Shown piece after piece: positions 1-4,109 of a stretch of DNA of 10,983 bases. Position numbers and translations under genes: made by a program. Below the pieces are notes generated by a model, which worked only from the letters and a program-made list of their open reading frames with translations, was not told the DNA's origin and made no database searches. Source of the DNA: Oligoflexia bacterium (lineage in GTDB: Bacteria; Bdellovibrionota; UBA1018); assembly GCA_043732485.1 (NCBI GenBank), contig JAYTHP010000172.1, positions 1 through 10,983 on the forward strand, in the 5' to 3' direction. Within the stretch, counting starts at the first letter, position 1, and the number at the start of each line of letters is the position of its first letter.

Positions 1-77
1 CTTTCCTTGGGTGAGCCGCCTGTGGAGGGGGATGATTCGTTGGTGGGGGGGAGCCCGCGGATGGGTGTGGTGCGCTC

Positions 78-1079
78 GTGAGTGACTTACAAAACGACGG
101 GGTGGTTGCCCAAAAAGGGTGGAAACCGCGCGGCGTGACGCTGCTAGCAAATTGGAAGATGAACCACACCAGCGCCAGCACCCAAGCCTTCTTGGATGAG
201 GTGGCGCAAGACCCGTTGGTGCGGGAGTGGGCTTCGCGTTACCAGGCATCAGCTTCGCTTGCGCCTGCGTCATCACGGGAGGCTTCAAAATCACCCACAA
301 AATCCACAGTGAGTTGCAGCGGTATGCCGGAGTTTAGTCACCAGTCAATGACGAAGGGGAGTGGGCTTGAGGGTGATGGTGATGAAGGCTGCGGACTTTC
401 AGTCGGTCTTTTTCCCTCTTTTTTAAGTTTACAGGCGGCAGCAAGCGCCTTGGCCTCGCACCGCTTACCGATCGGTCTAGGGGCCCAAAACGTTGCAAGT
501 GAGCGGCAAGGGGCTTTCACGGGCGAGGTGTCGGGCGTGGATCTCAAGAGCGTGGGCGTGCAATCGGTGCTCGTGGGGCATTCCGAAAGGCGGACCTTGT
601 TTCAGGAGTCCGACGCTGAGATTCAAAAGAAAGCCACCCTTGTCTTGCAAGAGCAGATGCAAGTCGTGTTGTGTGTCGGTGAAAGTCTAGCGGAGCGCAA
701 GGCGCAGCAGACTTTACAGGTGCTAGAGCGGCAAGTACGCTTGGGGCTTCCGCAGATGCTCCCCTCCACCGCTCCCTCACCCTCCCAGCTGATCATTGCT
801 TATGAGCCGGTGTGGGCGATTGGTTCCGGCTTAAGTGCCACGCCTGCGGAGGTGCAAGCCGTGCATCAAGCGATTCGCTCCATGCTCAAGCAATCCCCGT
901 GGGGGCGGGTGGTGTCTAGCGTGAGGATTGTTTATGGCGGGAGTGTCAATGCCCAGAATCTTGGCGCCTTTTTGCAGCAATCCGAAGTCGACGGGGTGCT
1001 GGTGGGCGGGGCGAGTGTGCAAGCGGCAAGCTTTTTGCAGCTCTTGCGGCGGGCCTACGGTGCACCAGCTGAGGCGTGA
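78..1079 (+). CDS. tpiA: Triosephosphate isomerase with a ~55-aa low-complexity insertion
   Basis: All TIM motifs present: ANWKMN (catalytic Lys), AQN, GAFTGEVS, GHSERR (catalytic His), LCVGE, IAYEPVWAIGSG (catalytic Glu and lid loop), YGGSV, DGVLVGGAS. Start is uncertain (GTG 78, or a later codon such as GTG 136). Confidence 0.97.
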   Translation: MSDLQNDGVVAQKGWKPRGVTLLANWKMNHTSASTQAFLDEVAQDPLVREWASRYQASASLAPASSREASKSPTKSTVSCSGMPEFSHQSMTKGSGLEGDGDEGCGLSVGLFPSFLSLQAAASALASHRLPIGLGAQNVASERQGAFTGEVSGVDLKSVGVQSVLVGHSERRTLFQESDAEIQKKATLVLQEQMQVVLCVGESLAERKAQQTLQVLERQVRLGLPQMLPSTAPSPSQLIIAYEPVWAIGSGLSATPAEVQAVHQAIRSMLKQSPWGRVVSSVRIVYGGSVNAQNLGAFLQQSEVDGVLVGGASVQAASFLQLLRRAYGAPAEA

Positions 1080-1118
1080 AAGTCAGCCTGTTTTAGTCGG
1101 CTTTTAGGTGGCGACTCC

Positions 1119-1147
1119 GGGGGGAGGGTAGGGTAGGATAGGGTGGG
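1119..1147 (+). repeat. G-tract array / AGGGT pentamer tandem repeat (G-quadruplex pattern)
   Basis: GGGGGG-A-GGG-TA-GGG-TAGGATA-GGG-T-GGG; contains AGGGT AGGGT AGGAT AGGGT at 1125-1144. Confidence 0.7.
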
Positions 1148-1188
1148 CTAGAAAACAGACGCTTGCATTCCTCTTTGAAAAACCCCCT

Positions 1189-1216
1189 TTGAATTCCTGC
1201 CTGATTAAGTTACAAT
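1189..1216 (+). promoter_or_regulatory. Putative sigma70 promoter for ORF 1224..2888
   Basis: TTGAAT (1189-1194), 16-nt spacer, TACAAT (1211-1216); 7 nt separate the -10 box from ATG 1224. Confidence 0.55.
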
Positions 1217-1223
1217 CTGAGGG

Positions 1224-2888
1224 ATGGGGCGTTTGCGCTTGAGTCATTTTAATAGAAATCCAAGAAAACTAAAATTCCTGACCTACCTCAACTTGTTGAG
1301 TTACCTGGCGCTGATCCAAGTTCCTTTCGAGGGGGTCGTCGGAGGAGAGGGGCGGGGTGCGGCTTGGGCGGGGACTGGGGCCTCACGCTTCCGGCGACTC
1401 AACCGTCTCCCAGTGCTCGCCAGAGCGCACGCTCAAAATCCCGCTCAAGTCCAAGACCCCTTCAGCGCACAAAGTGACGTCATCGTGCTCGATGGCTTTG
1501 AAAGTGCGGAGCTCGAGAGTGATTTTTTGATGACTTTAAGGCAAGAGCTGGCCCGCAGCCTCAGGCAGGTGCAAGAGCGCTGGAGTTGGGAGGAAGAGGC
1601 GGTGGGGGGGCACTCGCTGCAACCGGAGCAGGAGCGGCGGGACTTTCAAGCGGTTTTAGCTTGGTTGCAAGGTGAGCAGCAGCAGCAGCAGGCAGAGCTA
1701 CCGCGCTTGGCGGGGGCAACGGTGCTTGAAATGACAGCGGGTTCGCTTTCCGGTCTCCCGTGGTCCGGTCGGGCGCTGCGGGAATTGGTGCGGGCGTTTT
1801 TGCGCTTAAGTCAGCGCCTCAATGCCGGAGCCGAGTTGGGAGCCGCCGAGCTGCTGGGAGGTGAGGAAGGGGCGGCAGGCGATCGGCAAGATCCTCTGCG
1901 GGTTGCCACTTCGATGGCAGACGGTCGTAGGGGTGCGCAAGAAGCGCAGCGCGCACAGCTTGAACTCTATGAGAGAGTCGCCCGGAGAAGCTTTTTCTTC
2001 AGTCGCTGCAGTTGCGCGGGTTTGGCGTTCTATGCCATCTATTTGGCGTGCTTTTATGGCAATGCCGCAAGCTCAGTGAGTGGGGCTTTTCAGGGTCTCA
2101 ATTGTGGCTCGCGCATGCTATTTTTTGCAGAAAATTGCAGTAATTCCGCGAACTCCTCGCAGATTGCCAATTTTCAGTGCTTGGGCTCAGTCACCACCCA
2201 GTGGAACGCCAGCAGCTGGGGGATGTGCCCGTGGAAGCCCGGCATTCCGATTGCCTCCCAGCAGCTGTTGCCGCAAGATGCGCACAGTACCTTTTCCTGC
2301 GGGGATTTCTTTTGTGCGGCGCCACGACCGCTAGTGCGCGGGGGCGTTTCTCAGGCTAACTTGTCGCTTGGTTATGGCTCACAAGCTCCCACCGCGCAGC
2401 AAGGGTTGCAAGGGGATGGCAACCTTCGCTTGGGAAGTGCGCAAAAGATCATTAACAGTACTCTTTTGGCCTTTTTGATCACCGGAGTGGTAGCGTCGAT
2501 CCTTGCGGGAGGGTTGTTTCGCTTGCTTGCTTGTGAACGGTCGGATCGCAGCTGGAGCCGTTCCCCGCAAATCCCCGTCCAAAGGATCAACGACCACCGA
2601 CGACGACCGGGGGGTGAGGGGGCGTCAGCCGGGCCAGATCAGCGAGAGGATCAGGAAACAGGGCTGGGTGGCGAAGACGCCTATAGCGTTTGTATCAGAA
2701 GCTTAGCACGCTGGTTGATCCGGCATTTTGCGTCGTTACTGACAGGGCAATTTCAGCGAGAGGTGACGCTTGGGGAGTTGTGCGTTTTTTTGCGGCAGAT
2801 TTACCCCCAGCGTCAGGTCGTGCAGTTGCCAGGCGAGGAATGGGGTCTGGCGCTGCGCGGGAACGACAGCTTGCTGTTTTTTGAGTGA
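1224..2888 (+). CDS. Hypothetical membrane protein (signal-like N-terminus, helical N-domain, two TM helices enclosing a Cys-rich loop)
   Basis: 554-aa ORF with a promoter-like element directly upstream. Basic then hydrophobic N-terminus ending AAWA. Hydrophobic segments CSCAGLAFYAIYLACFYG (~2007-2060) and LLAFLITGVVASILAGGLF (~2463-2519). No family recognised. Confidence 0.8.
   Translation: MGRLRLSHFNRNPRKLKFLTYLNLLSYLALIQVPFEGVVGGEGRGAAWAGTGASRFRRLNRLPVLARAHAQNPAQVQDPFSAQSDVIVLDGFESAELESDFLMTLRQELARSLRQVQERWSWEEEAVGGHSLQPEQERRDFQAVLAWLQGEQQQQQAELPRLAGATVLEMTAGSLSGLPWSGRALRELVRAFLRLSQRLNAGAELGAAELLGGEEGAAGDRQDPLRVATSMADGRRGAQEAQRAQLELYERVARRSFFFSRCSCAGLAFYAIYLACFYGNAASSVSGAFQGLNCGSRMLFFAENCSNSANSSQIANFQCLGSVTTQWNASSWGMCPWKPGIPIASQQLLPQDAHSTFSCGDFFCAAPRPLVRGGVSQANLSLGYGSQAPTAQQGLQGDGNLRLGSAQKIINSTLLAFLITGVVASILAGGLFRLLACERSDRSWSRSPQIPVQRINDHRRRPGGEGASAGPDQREDQETGLGGEDAYSVCIRSLARWLIRHFASLLTGQFQREVTLGELCVFLRQIYPQRQVVQLPGEEWGLALRGNDSLLFFE
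1677..1691 (+). repeat. (CAG)5 microsatellite encoding polyQ
   Basis: CAG x5 in frame, giving QQQQQ in ORF 1224..2888. Confidence 0.85.
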
Positions 2889-3770
2889 GCCTGTGGGGGT
2901 AGGTGAACTGGTGGGGGAGTCAAGGGGGATAGTGTGTGGGACGGTGTGCTCAAGGCACGCAGCAGTCTTTGTCCGCAAGGCTCTCGTTTTTTTCTTCTTC
3001 ACGGGTAGGGTTGTCAGAAAAACGCGCGCCCAAGGATCTCGGGGTGATCCGACGATCGACGGCTCCCTCCTCCCCACGCCAGAAAGACCCAAGCGTGAAA
3101 AAAGCGAGTCTTTCTAGGGAAAAAAATCCCCGGGGGGCCGGGCAACGGTGGAGCGTGGTGGGCAAGAAAAACAGTCCAAAGCGCATTCTTCCGCTTCGTG
3201 TTGATCGCTGACATCACGGTCTAGGTAGGTTTTCGTCTCTTCTTTGGAGTTTTTTTGTACAATGTTTTTGTGGAGTGTTTTTTGGGTTTTTTTGTCAGAA
3301 AAAATCCTGGTTTGACTTGATTCCTCTTTTTTGGCTGCAGCCGAAGCGCTGAGGCTTCACCCTCAAGCTTAAAGCAAAGAGTAGCAGGGTTATTCTCCTT
3401 ATGTTGTAGGTCTTTTTCCTGTTTGCCTTTAAATGAACGGCGCCTCTCACGCTCACCATTTGAGCTTATTGCTGAATCACTAGCGGATCGTTCGATTCCG
3501 AGATGCAAGGAACCGAACTGAACTTTCGCGTCCCGTCCGCAAAAAAGGCTTTGCCTGAGCACCCATTTACTGAAATCATAAGAGTGACGGCGGGGCGAGC
3601 GCTTCTGCAAAGACGTGCTTACTTCTTGCAGTGGCGCTTGGAGATGAGGCTAAAGAAAAACGAGGGTGGAGTGCAGCAGGTTATTCATAAGTGCTTGCCT
3701 TTAAAAGTAAAAAACTAAGTTTCGCTGAAGATTCTTATGAGCTTGATCTCTGATTCGCAGGCAAGCGGAA

Positions 3771-3823
3771 ATTATTTTTTAATATTTAATAAAAAAATTT
3801 ATTATTTTATACTTAAAATAAAA
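3771..3823 (+). promoter_or_regulatory. AT-rich island with putative sigma70 promoter and overlapping inverted repeat
   Basis: About 50 nt of almost pure A/T. TTTAAT (3785-3790), 17-nt spacer, TATACT (3808-3813). Perfect 8-bp inverted repeat TTATTTTA-TACT-TAAAATAA at 3802-3821. Confidence 0.5.
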
Positions 3824-4109
3824 GAGCTAAGAGCGAGCTAAAAAGATTTCGTAAAGTCGGTTGTGCTGAGGCCACTTTGGCAGCGGCGAGTGTCGTGGTG
3901 GGTCCTTGTGTGACGATGTATGGTTTTGTAACAAGACCTGATCCAACGTCTGAGGCGTCCATACACAAGGTCATGCCAGTTTTGCTTCAGGAGAGCGTTC
4001 CTGAGGGAGTGGTAGCAACGAGAGGGCTTGAGCGTAAAAAAAGTAGGCTGCTACTCGTTAGCTTTGGCTGCGAGAAAAAAATCTAAGAGTTCAACCATCT
4101 AGATGGGGA

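Noticed and set aside
1383..1433. SRFRRL...AHA as a Tat signal in the orphan protein
   Set aside because: Does not fit S/T-R-R-x-F-L-K and has no hydrophobic region after the arginines.
3523..3557. Minus-strand AGGCAAA-N15-GGGACGCGAAAG resembling the c-di-GMP-I (GEMM) riboswitch core
   Set aside because: No GNRA-capped P2 stem, no P3 or tetraloop-receptor motif, and no credible minus-strand gene downstream. An Rfam RF01051 scan would settle it.
3221..3610. 129-aa Lys-rich minus-strand ORF and other short ORFs in 2736-4297
   Set aside because: Lys-richness simply reflects plus-strand T-tracts; no recognisable motifs or convincing ribosome-binding sites.
3681..3823. AT-rich island as a replication origin unwinding element
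   Set aside because: Only one degenerate DnaA-box-like 9-mer (TTATTCATA) nearby, no box cluster and no origin-associated genes.
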